This document shows positions 49,635 through 60,852 of a stretch of DNA of 64,000 bases, piece by piece (within the stretch, counting starts at the first letter, position 1; every line of letters starts with the position of its first letter). Source of the DNA: Alphaproteobacteria bacterium (GTDB lineage Bacteria > Pseudomonadota > Alphaproteobacteria > UBA828). The stretch covers positions 1 to 64,000 of the forward strand of contig CAXXVO010000012.1 in the NCBI GenBank assembly GCA_963422645.2, written 5' to 3'. The position numbers and the translations under genes were made by a program. The notes below the pieces were generated by a model. That model was not told where the DNA came from. It did no database searches and was given only the letters and a program-made list of their open reading frames with translations.

Positions 49635-50369
49635 CTAGCTCCGAGCGCCGCCGTAGCGCCGCTCGCGGCGCTGGAACTCGCCGATCGCCTGATCGAGGTG
49701 CTCCAGGGTGAAGTCGGGCCAGAGCGTCGGCACGAAGACAAGCTCGGTATAGGCCGATTGCCACAGCAGGAAGTTGCTGAGGCGTTGCTCGCCGCTGGTG
49801 CGAATCACCAGATCGAGGTCCGGCAGATCACGGGTTTGGAGATGGCGCTGGAACGTCTCTTCCGAGAGCGTGTCCGCATCGAGCACACCGTCGCGGACCT
49901 GCTCGGCGATCCGGCGCACCGCATCGACGATCTCCTGGCGCCCGCCGTAGTTGACCGCGACCGTGAGCGTAAGCTTGGCGTTGTGCCGGGTGCTTTCCTC
50001 GGCCTCGTCTATGAGGGCGTTGATCTCCTTGCTCAGCCGCGCGCGGTCGCCGATGAAGGCGATCCGGACGCCATTGCCGTGCAGGTCGGCCACCTCGCGG
50101 CGCAAGTAGAGTCGCAGGAGCCCCATGAGGTCAGCGACCTCGCCCTGGGGTCGCTTCCAGTTCTCGGATGAGAACGCGTAGATGGTGAGGTATCGGACGC
50201 CCCGGTCGGGGCAGCCTCTCAGGATCTTCTTCACGACCTCGGCGCCGCGCCGGTGCCCCGCAGCTCTCGGCAAGCCGCGCGCCCGTGCCCAGCGCCCGTT
50301 GCCGTCCAGAATGATGCCGACATGCAGGGACGTGTCCTGCCGGTCGGCGAATGACTGCGCGAGCGCCAT
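49635..50369 (-). CDS. uppS: Undecaprenyl diphosphate synthase
   Basis: ILDGNGRWA, FSSENW, RTSGEQRLSNFLLWQ. Confidence 0.95.
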   Translation of the reverse strand: MALAQSFADRQDTSLHVGIILDGNGRWARARGLPRAAGHRRGAEVVKKILRGCPDRGVRYLTIYAFSSENWKRPQGEVADLMGLLRLYLRREVADLHGNGVRIAFIGDRARLSKEINALIDEAEESTRHNAKLTLTVAVNYGGRQEIVDAVRRIAEQVRDGVLDADTLSEETFQRHLQTRDLPDLDLVIRTSGEQRLSNFLLWQSAYTELVFVPTLWPDFTLEHLDQAIGEFQRRERRYGGARS

Positions 50370-50371
50370 GT

Positions 50372-50929
50372 CTAGACCTGCAGAATCTCCTGTTCCTTGG
50401 CCTCGAACATCTCGGTCAATTTCTTGACGAACCCGTCGGTCATCTCCTGAATCTCGTCCGCCCAAAGTCTGGATTCGTCCTCGCCGAGCTCGCTCGCCCG
50501 CTCCATCTTCTTGAGCTGGTCCATGCCGTCGCGCCGCACGTTGCGCACCGCCACCTTGGCCTGCTCGGCATACTTGGCCGCAACCTTGGCGAGTTCGCGG
50601 CGGCGTTCCTCGTTCAGCTCCGGGATTGGAATGCGGAGCGACTGGCCATCGACGATCGGATTGAGCCCGAGATCGGAGGAGCGAATAGCCTTCTCGACGG
50701 CCTTCACCTGAGTCTTGTCCCAGACCTGGACCGAGAGCATGCGCGGCTCGGGGACACTGATGCTCGCGACCTGATTGAGGGGCATCTCCGTCTCGTAGGC
50801 CTCGACCACGATGGGCTCCAGCAGGCTCAGCGAAGCCCGCCCGGTGCGGAGCCCCCCCAACTCCTTCCGCAGGGCTTCGACGGCGCCCTTCATCCGGCGT
50901 TCCAAGTCGTCGAGATCAGGATCGGCCAT
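50372..50929 (-). CDS. frr: Ribosome recycling factor
   Basis: [22 protein letters not shown]. Confidence 0.96.
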   Translation of the reverse strand: MADPDLDDLERRMKGAVEALRKELGGLRTGRASLSLLEPIVVEAYETEMPLNQVASISVPEPRMLSVQVWDKTQVKAVEKAIRSSDLGLNPIVDGQSLRIPIPELNEERRRELAKVAAKYAEQAKVAVRNVRRDGMDQLKKMERASELGEDESRLWADEIQEMTDGFVKKLTEMFEAKEQEILQV

Positions 50930-50939
50930 CGCGGCAGCC

Positions 50940-51659
50940 CTAGTCAGAGATAAGGGTGAAGGGTCCATCCCCGTCCAGCACGGCGGCAAGCCCGCCCTTC
51001 TTCTGAATGGAGAATACCACAATCGGAATTTCGTTTTCCCGCGCCAACGAGATCGCCGACGCGTCCATGGCCTTCAGATCCTTGGAGAGCACGTCCATGT
51101 AGGAGAGTCGCTCGAAGCGCGTCGCATCGGCATCGACCTCGGGGTCGGCCTCGTAGACTCCGTCGACCTTTGTGCCCTTGAGCAGGGCGTCGCAGCCCAT
51201 TTCCGCAGCGCGCAGGGCCGCCGCTGTATCGGTGGTGAAGAAGGGATTGCCGGTGCCGCCCGCGAAGAGCACGATCCGCCCCTTCTCCAGGTGGCGCTGC
51301 CCACGCCGGCGGATATAGGGCTCGCAGATCGGCGCGATGGGGAGCGCGGAGAGCACCCGGGTCTCCTTGCCCATGCGCTCCAGGGCATGCTGCATGGCGA
51401 CCGCGTTCATCACCGTCGCCAGCATGCCGATGTAGTCGGCGGTCGCGCGCTCCATGCCCGCGGCGGCGTCGGATGAGCCGCGGAAGATGTTGCCGCCACC
51501 AACGACTGCGCAGATCCCCACGCCCCTGTCTTGAACCTCGGCGAGCTCGCCCGCGAGCCGCTCCACCGCGTCACCGTTTATGCCGTAGGGCTCGTCTCCC
51601 CGCAGCGCCTCGCCGGAAATCTTCAGGAGGATGCGCTTGAAGCGGGGAGAAGCGGTCAT
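50940..51659 (-). CDS. pyrH: UMP kinase
   Basis: [24 protein letters not shown]. Confidence 0.96.
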   Translation of the reverse strand: MTASPRFKRILLKISGEALRGDEPYGINGDAVERLAGELAEVQDRGVGICAVVGGGNIFRGSSDAAAGMERATADYIGMLATVMNAVAMQHALERMGKETRVLSALPIAPICEPYIRRRGQRHLEKGRIVLFAGGTGNPFFTTDTAAALRAAEMGCDALLKGTKVDGVYEADPEVDADATRFERLSYMDVLSKDLKAMDASAISLARENEIPIVVFSIQKKGGLAAVLDGDGPFTLISD

Positions 51660-51687
51660 CGAAGGCTCCGGGCCGGGAGGCTTCCGC

Positions 51688-52614
51688 TCAGGAACCGAGT
51701 TGCTCGGCGACTTCGGCGGCGAAGTCCTTGCTGTCCCGCTCGATCCCCTCGCCCAGCTGGTAGCGGACGAAACCGCTCACGGAGACCGGGGTGCCGAGCT
51801 CGCTGGCAAACCTCTCCAGCATCGCCTTCACCCGTGTCTCTCCGTCGAGAACCCAGGTCTGCTCGAGCAGAACGACCTCCTCGAAAAACTTGCGCAGCCT
51901 GCCCTCGATCATCTTCTCGATGATCTTCTCGGGCTTGCCTTCGGCGCGCGCCTGCTCGGCGAGGATCGCGCGCTCGCGCTCGACCATCGCCTGATCGAGC
52001 GAATCGCGCGAGACCGCATGCGGGCTCGCAGCCGCAATGTGCATGGCGAGCTCATGGGCGGGGCGCTCGAGGCTCTCGACAGGTGCGTCGGCTTCCACCG
52101 CGACGAGCACGCCGAGCCGGCTCAGCCCCGGCGTCGCCGGCATGTGGAGGTAGTCGCCCACGGCGCCTGCCGGCATGTCGAAAACCGCCGTCCGCCGCAG
52201 CTGAATGTTCTCGCCGATGGTGGCGACGAGATTGGTGATCTCCTCGGCCACCGTGCGGCCCGTTCCCGGATAGGACGCCGCAGAAAGGCGCTCGATATCG
52301 CCGTCGCAATCCAGTGCCAGCGTCGCGACCTCGCGCACCACCGCCTGGAAGTCGCCGTTGCGCGCGACGAAGTCGGTCTCGGCGTTGATCTCGACCATCG
52401 CCGCCTTGCCCGGCGCCGTCGCCAGCCCGATCAACCCTTCGGCTGCGGTGCGGCCGGCCTTGCGCTGAGCTTGCGCCAGGCCGCTCTTGCGCAACCAGTC
52501 GACCGCTGCTTCCAGCTCGCCGTCGGTCTCGGTCAGCGCCTTCTTGCAATCCATCATGCCGGCGCCGGTCTTCTCGCGTAGTTGCTTGACCAGCGCGGCC
52601 GTGATCTGAACCAT
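51688..52614 (-). CDS. tsf: Elongation factor Ts
   Basis: [22 protein letters not shown]. Confidence 0.97.
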   Translation of the reverse strand: MVQITAALVKQLREKTGAGMMDCKKALTETDGELEAAVDWLRKSGLAQAQRKAGRTAAEGLIGLATAPGKAAMVEINAETDFVARNGDFQAVVREVATLALDCDGDIERLSAASYPGTGRTVAEEITNLVATIGENIQLRRTAVFDMPAGAVGDYLHMPATPGLSRLGVLVAVEADAPVESLERPAHELAMHIAAASPHAVSRDSLDQAMVERERAILAEQARAEGKPEKIIEKMIEGRLRKFFEEVVLLEQTWVLDGETRVKAMLERFASELGTPVSVSGFVRYQLGEGIERDSKDFAAEVAEQLGS

Positions 52615-52643
52615 CGCTCGCTACTCCCAAGTGTGCGGCGCGA

Positions 52644-53612
52644 TCACGCGCCCGCCGCCTGCTCTGCCTCACCGCCCTCCGGCGCTGCGGATGCCTCGGC
52701 CGCCTGAGCCGCATCTGCCGGTTCCGGCGTTTCCGATGCTTCCGGCGCGCCCGACGCGCTGGACGACTCCGGCGTTGCGTCGGCGTCGGCAGGTGCCTCG
52801 GCGGGCGCTTCCGCAGCCGCATCGCCATCGGCCGGCGCGGCTTCAGCCGCGGCCGCTTCGACCGGTGGCAGGTCCTCGGCCAACCCCTCCTCGGCGGCGC
52901 CGATGTCGGCGCCAGAGGCAGCGAGCTCCACCTGCAAACCGTCGATGACAGCGCGGGCAAACAGGTCGCAGTAGAGATTGATCGCGCGGATCGCGTCGTC
53001 GTTGCCGGGAATCGGATGAATGATGAGGTCGGGGTCGCAGTTGCTGTCGACGATCGCGACCACCGGGATGCCCAGCTTGCGCGCCTCCAGGATCGCGATG
53101 TCTTCCTTGTTGGTGTCGATGACCACGAGCACGTCCGGCACGCCGCCCATGTCGCGGATGCCGCCGAGCGCGAGATCGAGCTTGTTGCGACGCCGGACCA
53201 GCTGCAGCATTTCCTTCTTGGTCAGGCCGGCGGACTCGTCGGCGAGTGTCGCCTCCAGATCGGCGAGGGTCTTAATCGAGCCCGAAATCGCCTTCCAGTT
53301 GGTCAGCATGCCGCCCAGCCAGCGGTGGTTGACGTAGTACTGCCCGCAGCGGCGGGCGGTCTCCGCGATCGGGCGCGAGGCCTGCCGCTTGGTGCCGACG
53401 AAGAGGATGCGCCCGCCCCCGGCAGCCACGTCGCGCAGCGCGACCAGCGCCTGGTGAAGAAGCGGCACCGTCTGCTCCAGATCGATGACGTGAACCTCGT
53501 TGCGCGCGCCGAAGAGGTAGGGGCGCATCTTCGGGTTCCAACGCCTGGTCTGGTGTCCAAAATGCACGCCGGCCTCGAGCAGCTGGCGCATGGTGAATTC
53601 TGGCAATGCCAT
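52644..53612 (-). CDS. rpsB: 30S ribosomal protein S2
   Basis: [28 protein letters not shown]. Confidence 0.97.
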   Translation of the reverse strand: MALPEFTMRQLLEAGVHFGHQTRRWNPKMRPYLFGARNEVHVIDLEQTVPLLHQALVALRDVAAGGGRILFVGTKRQASRPIAETARRCGQYYVNHRWLGGMLTNWKAISGSIKTLADLEATLADESAGLTKKEMLQLVRRRNKLDLALGGIRDMGGVPDVLVVIDTNKEDIAILEARKLGIPVVAIVDSNCDPDLIIHPIPGNDDAIRAINLYCDLFARAVIDGLQVELAASGADIGAAEEGLAEDLPPVEAAAAEAAPADGDAAAEAPAEAPADADATPESSSASGAPEASETPEPADAAQAAEASAAPEGGEAEQAAGA

Positions 53613-53725
53613 TGGTCGTCCTTTCTCCGGTTCCTCCTCCGCGGATCATGCCCCTGCTTGGCCGGGCACCGGATCGGCACTCATGTCAGGAATGCCGTCA
53701 TCCGCGTGTGAATTCCTGCTACACG
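53613..53725 (-). promoter_or_regulatory. Structured rpsB 5' leader (probable S2 autoregulatory RNA)
   Basis: CACAC-GCGGAT...ATCCGC-GGAGG closing stem with internal hairpins. Confidence 0.5.
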
Positions 53726-53779
53726 CAGGTGAGGGCTTGATAGCGCCGGTGCCCCCGGCGCGCAAGGCCCCAACCGGCC

Positions 53780-56700
53780 TTAGCCGGCCCGCGCCGCCGG
53801 GAGCTCCTGGACGGTCGTGACCCCGGCGAGCGCGCCGATCTCACCGCCGAGAGAGGGGCTGAGCGTGTAAGATTCGGGCAGCTCGACCTCGACCGTGCTG
53901 TCCCCGCCGGTCTCGACGAAGAGCGCGATTCGTCCGCCGCCCGCCGGACGGCTCGCGAGAATTGCACCCAGAGGCTCCAACGCGGCCGGATCGTGGACAA
54001 AGACCGCGAGGCCGGTGAGATTGCGCGTGAGCCGGGCGTCCAGATCGTCGAAGCTCTGGGCCGAGAGCTTGACCTCGTCCCCCTCGATCCGGGCCTGTGC
54101 GGTCACCAGCACCGGCTTGCCGGGCTCCAGCATGCTGCGCCCGTCGCCGTAGGTTTCGCGGAAGGCCGCCACCTCGAAGCTGCCGCTCGGGTCGGAAAGC
54201 TGGATGAAGGCGTAGCGCCGCGAGCCCGGTCCGCGCTCCCTGACCGAGAGCACCACGCCGGCCAGGCGGAAGCGCGTGATACCCCGCGCCACCTGCTCCG
54301 CCATCTGGGCGGCGGGCGTGACCGAGAGCCCCTTGAGCGCCGCCTCGTAGGAATCGAGCGGATGGGCGGAGAGATAGAAGCCGACCGCCTCCTGCTCGGC
54401 CGCAAGTCTCTCGTCCTGGTCCCAATCCGCCTGCTCCGCCAGGCACGGCCGCGGAGCGAACGATGCATCGGCATCGTCGAAGAGCGAGGCTTGCGAGCGA
54501 GAGAGCCTGGACGAGTTAGCGAAGGCGAGAAGCACCTCAGCACCCTCCGCCATCTGCCGGCGGTTCGGCGTGAGGCTGTCGAAGGCGCCGGCCTTCGCCA
54601 GGTTCTCGATCTGGCGGCGGTTGATCTGGTGCGGGTCGACCCGGCCGGCGAAGTCGAAGGGGTCGGTGAATGGCCCCTTCGCCTCCCGCTCGTCCGCGAG
54701 CGCCGTCATCGCCTGCACGCCGACATTCCTGACTGCGCCGAGCGCATAGCGGATCGCCTTGGTGTCGTCGGCCCGGATCTCGACCGAAAACGTCGCCCGC
54801 GAGGCGTTGATATCGGGCGGCAGCAAGGCAATCCCGAGCCGCTCCAGTTCCCGGCGGAACACCTCGAGCCGATCGGTATTGTTGAGCTCCAGGCTCATCG
54901 AGGCGGCCAAGAACTCGACCGGGTGATTGGCCTTGAGATACGCGGTCTGGTAGGCGACCAGCGCGTAGGCCGCGGCGTGGGACTTGTTGAAGCCGTAGCC
55001 GGCGAACTTCGCCACCAATTCGAAGATGCGGGTCGCGTCGCTGCGGGCGACATCGTTGGCAAGCGCGCCGTTCACGAAGGTCTCCCGCTGCGCGTCCATC
55101 TCCGCCTTGATCTTCTTGCCCATGGCGCGCCGCAGGAGGTCGGCGGAGCCCAGGCTGTAGCCGGCCAGAACCTTGGCGATCTCCATCACCTGCTCCTGGT
55201 AGATGATGACGCCGAAGGTCTCCTCCAGCAGGCCGGTCAGCATCGGGTGCAGATAGTCGGGCTTCTCCTTGCCGTGCTTGCAAGCGATGTAGCGGGGAAT
55301 GTTATCCATCGGCCCCGGGCGGTAGAGCGCGACGAGGGCGATGATGTCCTCGATGGAGTCGGGCTTGAGGCTGCGCAGCGCGTCCCTCATGCCCGTACTT
55401 TCAAGCTGGAACACTCCCATGGCGGCGCCGGCGCCCAGCATCTCGTATGTCTTCTCGTCGTCGAGCGGGAGCGAATCGATATCGATATCGACCCCGGCCT
55501 CGCGCAGCATCGCGCTCGCGTGGTCGAGCACCGTGAGCGTCTTCAGGCCAAGCAGGTCGAATTTCACGAGCCCGGCCATCTCCGCGTACTTCATGGAGAA
55601 CTGCGTTGCCGGCATCTCCGAGCGCGGGTCGCGATAAAGGGGCACGAGCTCGCTGAGCGGCCGGTCGCCGATCACGATGCCTGCAGCGTGGGTCGAGGCG
55701 TGCCGGTACAACCCTTCGAGCTGGAGCGAAATTTCGATCAGGCGCGCGACCGTCGCATCGTCGTCGCGCTCGGCCTGGAGCCGGGGTTCGCTGTCCAGCG
55801 CCTGCTGCAGGGTCGCCGGGTTGGCCGGATTGTAGGGGATCAGCTTGCAGAGCCGATCCACGCGGCCGTAGCCGAGGCCCAGCACGCGCCCGACATCGCG
55901 GAGCACGGCGCGGGCCTGGAGCTTGCCGAAGGTGATGATCTGGGCGACGCGATCCTTGCCGTAGCGCCGGCACACGTAGCCAATCACCTCGTCACGACGC
56001 TCCGGGCAGAAGTCGATGTCGAAATCGGGCATCGACACCCGTTCGGGATTGAGGAAGCGCTCGAACAGGAGGCCGAAGCGGAGCGGGTCGAGATCGGTGA
56101 TGGTGAGCGCCCACGCCACCACGGAGCCCGCGCCGGAGCCCCGGCCAGGGCCGACCGGAATCCCCTCCCCCCTGGCCCAGCGCACGATATCGGCGACGAT
56201 GAGGAAGTAGCCCGCGAACTGCATCTCGCTGATGACGCCGAGTTCGTAGGCGAGCCTCTCCCGGTAGGGCGCCGCGGCCTCCTCGCGCGCCGTATCGTCC
56301 ATGTCGGCGCGGTAGACCTGGGCGGCGAGCCGGCGCTCCAGTCCCTCCTCGGCCTGGGCTCGCAGGGTATCGGCCTCGCTCACGTCGGCCGCGATGGGAA
56401 ACACCGGCAGGATTGGCTTCCGCGTCTGCGCCATGACAGCGCAGCGCCGGGCGACGGCCAAGGTATTGTCGACGGCATCCGGCAGGTCGGCGAACAGCGT
56501 GCGCATCTCGTCGGCCGGGCGGAAGCGGTGCTGCGGTGTGAGGCGGCGCCGGTTCTCGTCCTCAACGTGGCTGTTCTGGGCGATGCAGAGCAGCGCGTCG
56601 TGGGCCTCGTAGGTCTCGGCGCGCAGGAAGTAGGCGTCGTTGGTCGCGACCAGCGGCAGGTCAAGCTCATCGGCGAGCGCGATCAGCCGCGCCTCGATTT

Positions 56701-57253
56701 GCTCCTCCTCGGCCAAAGCGTGGCGCATGAGCTCGACATAGAGCCGGTCCGGAAAGATCTCGCCGAGCCGCATTAGCAACGCGCGCGCGGCCTTGACCTG
56801 GCCGTCGATGAGGAGACGTCCGACCGGCCCGGCGGGGCCGCCCGTGAGCGCGAGCAGACCCTCTGCCCGCGCCGCCAGCTCGTCGAGGGTGACCAGAGGC
56901 TGCCCGCTGGCGCCGCCCTGGAGGTAGGCGTGGCTGGTCAGCGCGGTCAGGTTGCGATAACCGGTCTCGTCCTGGGCGAGCAGCAAGAGCCACGATGCCG
57001 CGCGGTCCTGCTGGCCGGGCTGCTCCGTGCGCGTGCCGATCGCGAGGTCGCAGCCCATGATCGGCTGTACGCCGGCCCCGATGCAGGCCTCCGAGAAGGC
57101 CAAGGCGCCGAACATGTTGCCGCGATCAGCGATGGCGCAGGCCGGCATCCGCCACTCGCGGCAGGTCTCGACCAGCCCGTCGAGCCGGATCGCGCCTTCC
57201 AGCAGCGAGTAGGCGGTGCGAACCCTGAGGTGGACGAAATCGGCGTGGCTCAT
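53780..57253 (-). CDS. dnaE: DNA polymerase III alpha subunit
   Basis: PHP domain, GRGSGAGS, PDFDIDF, YGFNKSH, OB fold. Confidence 0.97.
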   Translation of the reverse strand: MSHADFVHLRVRTAYSLLEGAIRLDGLVETCREWRMPACAIADRGNMFGALAFSEACIGAGVQPIMGCDLAIGTRTEQPGQQDRAASWLLLLAQDETGYRNLTALTSHAYLQGGASGQPLVTLDELAARAEGLLALTGGPAGPVGRLLIDGQVKAARALLMRLGEIFPDRLYVELMRHALAEEEQIEARLIALADELDLPLVATNDAYFLRAETYEAHDALLCIAQNSHVEDENRRRLTPQHRFRPADEMRTLFADLPDAVDNTLAVARRCAVMAQTRKPILPVFPIAADVSEADTLRAQAEEGLERRLAAQVYRADMDDTAREEAAAPYRERLAYELGVISEMQFAGYFLIVADIVRWARGEGIPVGPGRGSGAGSVVAWALTITDLDPLRFGLLFERFLNPERVSMPDFDIDFCPERRDEVIGYVCRRYGKDRVAQIITFGKLQARAVLRDVGRVLGLGYGRVDRLCKLIPYNPANPATLQQALDSEPRLQAERDDDATVARLIEISLQLEGLYRHASTHAAGIVIGDRPLSELVPLYRDPRSEMPATQFSMKYAEMAGLVKFDLLGLKTLTVLDHASAMLREAGVDIDIDSLPLDDEKTYEMLGAGAAMGVFQLESTGMRDALRSLKPDSIEDIIALVALYRPGPMDNIPRYIACKHGKEKPDYLHPMLTGLLEETFGVIIYQEQVMEIAKVLAGYSLGSADLLRRAMGKKIKAEMDAQRETFVNGALANDVARSDATRIFELVAKFAGYGFNKSHAAAYALVAYQTAYLKANHPVEFLAASMSLELNNTDRLEVFRRELERLGIALLPPDINASRATFSVEIRADDTKAIRYALGAVRNVGVQAMTALADEREAKGPFTDPFDFAGRVDPHQINRRQIENLAKAGAFDSLTPNRRQMAEGAEVLLAFANSSRLSRSQASLFDDADASFAPRPCLAEQADWDQDERLAAEQEAVGFYLSAHPLDSYEAALKGLSVTPAAQMAEQVARGITRFRLAGVVLSVRERGPGSRRYAFIQLSDPSGSFEVAAFRETYGDGRSMLEPGKPVLVTAQARIEGDEVKLSAQSFDDLDARLTRNLTGLAVFVHDPAALEPLGAILASRPAGGGRIALFVETGGDSTVEVELPESYTLSPSLGGEIGALAGVTTVQELPAARAG

Positions 57254-57425
57254 GGCAGGACCCTAACGAATCGCTGAAGGGTACGAATGCACGATAGATG
57301 CCACAGGGCGGCGTGAGCGTCACGCGCTGCGGCCGCACGCGGAACACGAGACAGTGTGCGATGGCTCGGCGGGGCGCGCTTTGGTAGACTTGGCGTCTTG
57401 GCGAATTGACTGGGAGCCGGGCATC

Positions 57426-58076
57426 ATGGACGAAAGCGGAGAGGCACGCATTTTCGAGCAGGAAACCGACCTGCGCGAGACCATGGGCGAGACCATGGAA
57501 ATCTCGGTGAAGAAGTGCATCCCCTCGCTGGACAAGCACTGCAGGGAGTTTATCAGCCGCTCGCCTTTCCTCTGCATCGGCACCAGCGGCGAAAGCGGCC
57601 GCGCCGACGTCTCGCCGCGCGGCGACCCGCCGGGCTTCGTTCAGGTGCTCGACGACAACACGCTCTTTATCCCGGACCGGCCCGGCAACAACCGGCTGGA
57701 TACGATGACCAACATCATCGAGAACCCGAACGTAGGCCTGCTCTTCCTGGTGCCCGGCTTTGACGACACGCTGCGGGTGAACGGCAAGGCGACGATCGTC
57801 CGTGATGACGCGCTGGCGCAGGCTGCCGTGGTCAACAAAAAGGAGCCGAAAGTCGGCATCAGGGTCGAGGTCCAGGAGGCCTTCCTGCACTGCGCCAAGG
57901 CGTTCAAGCGCTCTCGGCTCTGGGACGAAGAGAGCAGACAGAACCGCCGCGAGATGCCGTCGCTCGGCCGGATAATCCTGGAGCAGACGGCGCCGCCGGA
58001 GGAGCCGCCCACCGAGGAGACGGTCAAGGAGACCGACGAGTTCGTCGAGGAGAACTATCGCACCGAGCTCTACTAG
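57426..58076 (+). CDS. Pyridoxamine 5'-phosphate oxidase-like FMN-binding protein
   Basis: DVSPRGDPPGF, PDRPGNNR, LRVNG, HCAKA. Confidence 0.85.
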   Translation: MDESGEARIFEQETDLRETMGETMEISVKKCIPSLDKHCREFISRSPFLCIGTSGESGRADVSPRGDPPGFVQVLDDNTLFIPDRPGNNRLDTMTNIIENPNVGLLFLVPGFDDTLRVNGKATIVRDDALAQAAVVNKKEPKVGIRVEVQEAFLHCAKAFKRSRLWDEESRQNRREMPSLGRIILEQTAPPEEPPTEETVKETDEFVEENYRTELY

Positions 58077-58169
58077 AGGCCGGGCGGCGGGAAGTTTCTT
58101 CCTGTCCGACCGACGCCTGAGCCGAGAGACCGGCACCGCTCGGTGCATACCAGCAGCAGGAGCTTCACC

Positions 58170-58721
58170 ATGGAACGGATCGATGTCAGCCCCGAGTACA
58201 TGGAGAGCGAGCGCGTCGCCCGCTTCAAGGACCTGAAATCGAGCGGCCACGCGTTCGTCGATGCGCTCATCCCGGGCTATGAGCGCGACATCTACAACAT
58301 CATCGGCCGCGGCGTGGTCGAGGACAAAGAGCTCAAGCCTCCGATCACCGACAACCGCGACTTCAATGTCGGCCTGATCAAGGCCGAGCCCGGCAAGGGC
58401 GCCTCGTTGCACATTCACGAGACCAACGAGGTGTTCATTCCGCTGACCGGCAAGTGGGGCATCTACTGGCAGAACAGCGACGGCCAGCGCCACGAGGTGG
58501 TGCTGGAGCCCTACGACACCGTCTCGGTCCCCATCGGTGCGAGCCGGGGCTTTCGCAACGCGGGCGACCAGACAGCGCTCATGCTGGCGGTGGTCGGCGG
58601 CACCGATCCGGGCAAGGTGCACTGGCCCGAGGAGACCATCGAGGAGGGGCAGCGCCACGGGATCGGCCTCGACGAGCACGGCGACCTCGTGCTGCTGGAG
58701 GGCGCCCAAGCGGCAGAGTGA
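58170..58721 (+). CDS. Cupin domain protein
   Basis: LHIH...EVF...G.W...D.VSVP.G..RGF.N. Confidence 0.8.
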   Translation: MERIDVSPEYMESERVARFKDLKSSGHAFVDALIPGYERDIYNIIGRGVVEDKELKPPITDNRDFNVGLIKAEPGKGASLHIHETNEVFIPLTGKWGIYWQNSDGQRHEVVLEPYDTVSVPIGASRGFRNAGDQTALMLAVVGGTDPGKVHWPEETIEEGQRHGIGLDEHGDLVLLEGAQAAE

Positions 58722-58864
58722 TCGCCAACGCGGCCACAGCTGAGGCGCGGAACACCCGCACTGCCGCACCGAATGGCGCGCTGAGCGCACGATCGAGCGG
58801 AGCGCCCGCCCGGTGATCGAGGAGAATTAAAATGAGTGGCGGGACGTCCCGCGTTCCCCGCCGC

Positions 58865-58892
58865 TTGACACCTTGTAACCACACGCTAATGT
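58865..58892 (+). promoter_or_regulatory. Sigma70-type promoter of rpmG
   Basis: TTGACA-16 bp-TAATGT. Confidence 0.5.
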
Positions 58893-58929
58893 CGCCGCGT
58901 CCACGACACCAGAAAGCCGAGCGCATCCA

Positions 58930-59097
58930 ATGGCCAAGGCCAACAGCATCCTGATCAAGCTCGTCAGCTCGGCGGGTACGGGGTTCTACTACACGACGCG
59001 CAAGAACCCGCGCAGTCAGACCGAGAAACTTTCGCTGCGCAAGTTCGACCCCGTCGCCCGCAAGCACGTGGTCTTCAAGGAATCGAAGATCAAATAG
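58930..59097 (+). CDS. rpmG: 50S ribosomal protein L33
   Basis: Hand-translated: [28 protein letters not shown]...[18 protein letters not shown]. Confidence 0.96.
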   Translation: MAKANSILIKLVSSAGTGFYYTTRKNPRSQTEKLSLRKFDPVARKHVVFKESKIK

Positions 59098-59114
59098 AAC
59101 CCGCAGGATCCGGC

Positions 59115-59600
59115 ATGTCATCCGGAGGGCACCGCCGGCGCGTCGGCGGTGTGACCATTGCTGCGGCAGGTTTGATTCTGTCGCTGACTCTCCTGCATGT
59201 ATCCACCACCGCGTGGGCGGATATGCAGGCTGGCTGGCAGGCGTACACAGCCGGCGACTATGAGACCGCGATCGGCGAATGGCAGCCACTCGCCGAGGCC
59301 GGTGACTATCAAGCGGCGTACGCGCTTGGCATGGCCTATCAGATCAAGGGCGAGCCTATGCAGGCGGTGCCCTGGTATGAGCAGGCAGCCAGCGCGGGGC
59401 TGACCGAGGCGCAGATCCTGCTCGGCACGATTTTTGCGCGCGGCAATGACGTGCCCCGCGATCTGGTGCGCGCCTACGCCTGGCTCTACAAGGCAGCCGA
59501 GAAGAAGAGCCCGAACGCCCAGCTCATTCTCGAGTCCGTCGCGGGTCTGATGACCGCCGAGGAGATCGAAGAAGCGAAGGCGCTGAGCGCGACGCTATAG
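59115..59600 (+). CDS. Sel1-repeat secreted protein
   Basis: Signal peptide; W.PLAEAG, AQILLG...G..VPRDLVRAYAW. Confidence 0.85.
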   Translation: MSSGGHRRRVGGVTIAAAGLILSLTLLHVSTTAWADMQAGWQAYTAGDYETAIGEWQPLAEAGDYQAAYALGMAYQIKGEPMQAVPWYEQAASAGLTEAQILLGTIFARGNDVPRDLVRAYAWLYKAAEKKSPNAQLILESVAGLMTAEEIEEAKALSATL

Positions 59601-59766
59601 AGCGCCAGTCTTGCGGCAGTAGCCTGCCCGGCGGCCTGTACAAGCCCCTTTCCCCATCAAGATTGTCTTCCCAACCGCGGACACATGCGCAAGCCGACGG
59701 GCCGAAATTGCGCCCTTGGGCGGTCTTGCCTAGAGTCGAGCCCGGTACGTTGCGCGAGGGTACGCA

Positions 59767-60792
59767 TTGGCTCGTCCCGACCTGGCGACCCGCTTCCTGG
59801 GCTTGAACCCGAAATCGTCCGCCGGGCGATTCCTTGGCGCCGTAGAGCGCGCGATCATCGACAATCCCACCGTCTTCACCGCAGGCATCCTGCTGCTGCT
59901 GTGGCTGATCCTGTCGCAGCTCTCGCCCTACTTCTTCACCGTCAGAAACCTGTTCGAGATTACCGTCCAGGCGGCCGTTATTGCGCTGATCGCGGTGGGG
60001 CAGACCTTCGTCATCCTCTCCAAGGGAATTGATCTTTCCGTCGGCGCGATCCTCGCCGCCTCCGCGGTCACGTCCACCATGGTCATGGATGCCGGCTACG
60101 GTCTTGCCGCCGGTGTGATTGCCGGGATCGTCGTCGGCGCCTTCTTCGGTGCGGCGAACGGCGTCGCAGTCGGCTACATGCGGATTCCGCCTTTCGTCGC
60201 GACTCTGGGCATGATGGGGATCGCCCGCGGCTACGCGCTGATCATCACGGAGGGCATTCCCATCTTCAGGGTGGCGGATGGCTTCGAGATCCTGGGCCAG
60301 GGGCGTATCTGGGGTGTGGTGCCGGTGCCCACCGTTGCGACGCTCGGGCTCTACGCGATCGGCGTCTTCGTGCTGCTTCGCACTCGGCTCGGCCGCTACA
60401 CGGTCTCGATCGGAAGCAACGAGCAGGCCACCAAGTTCTCGGGCGTCAACATCCCGCTCTATCTGATCCTGATTTACGGCCTGAGCGGCGTCACTGCCGG
60501 CATTGCGGGGCTTACCGAAGCCTCGCGCATCGGCAGCGGACAACCGGCAGGCGGCGTGGGCTACGAGCTCGACTCGATCGCGGCCGTGGTGATCGGCGGA
60601 ACCAGCCTCTTCGGTGGTCAGGGCAGCCTGATCGCCTCGCTGATCGGGGCACTCATCATCGCCACGTTACGCAACGGGCTCAACGTGCTCGGCGTCTACG
60701 CCTTCTGGCAGCTAGTCGCCATCGGTGCTATCCTGATCGGCGCCGTCTACATCGATAATTGGCGGCGATTGAGGCGCGGCGGAGAAGAATAA
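59767..60792 (+). CDS. Sugar ABC permease (RbsC-like)
   Basis: GIDLSVG, PPFVATLG, YELDSIAAVVIGG. Confidence 0.9.
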   Translation: MARPDLATRFLGLNPKSSAGRFLGAVERAIIDNPTVFTAGILLLLWLILSQLSPYFFTVRNLFEITVQAAVIALIAVGQTFVILSKGIDLSVGAILAASAVTSTMVMDAGYGLAAGVIAGIVVGAFFGAANGVAVGYMRIPPFVATLGMMGIARGYALIITEGIPIFRVADGFEILGQGRIWGVVPVPTVATLGLYAIGVFVLLRTRLGRYTVSIGSNEQATKFSGVNIPLYLILIYGLSGVTAGIAGLTEASRIGSGQPAGGVGYELDSIAAVVIGGTSLFGGQGSLIASLIGALIIATLRNGLNVLGVYAFWQLVAIGAILIGAVYIDNWRRLRRGGEE

Positions 60793-60852
60793 GAAGGAAC
60801 AGAGGGGGCCGCGCGTCGCAAGCGGCGACAATGCCGCCAGGGAGGAGAAAAC

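Noticed and set aside
59706-59719. AATTGCGCCCTTGG resembling a Ti/MOBQ oriT core
   Set aside because: Lies in a housekeeping intergenic region with no mobility genes or matching inverted repeat
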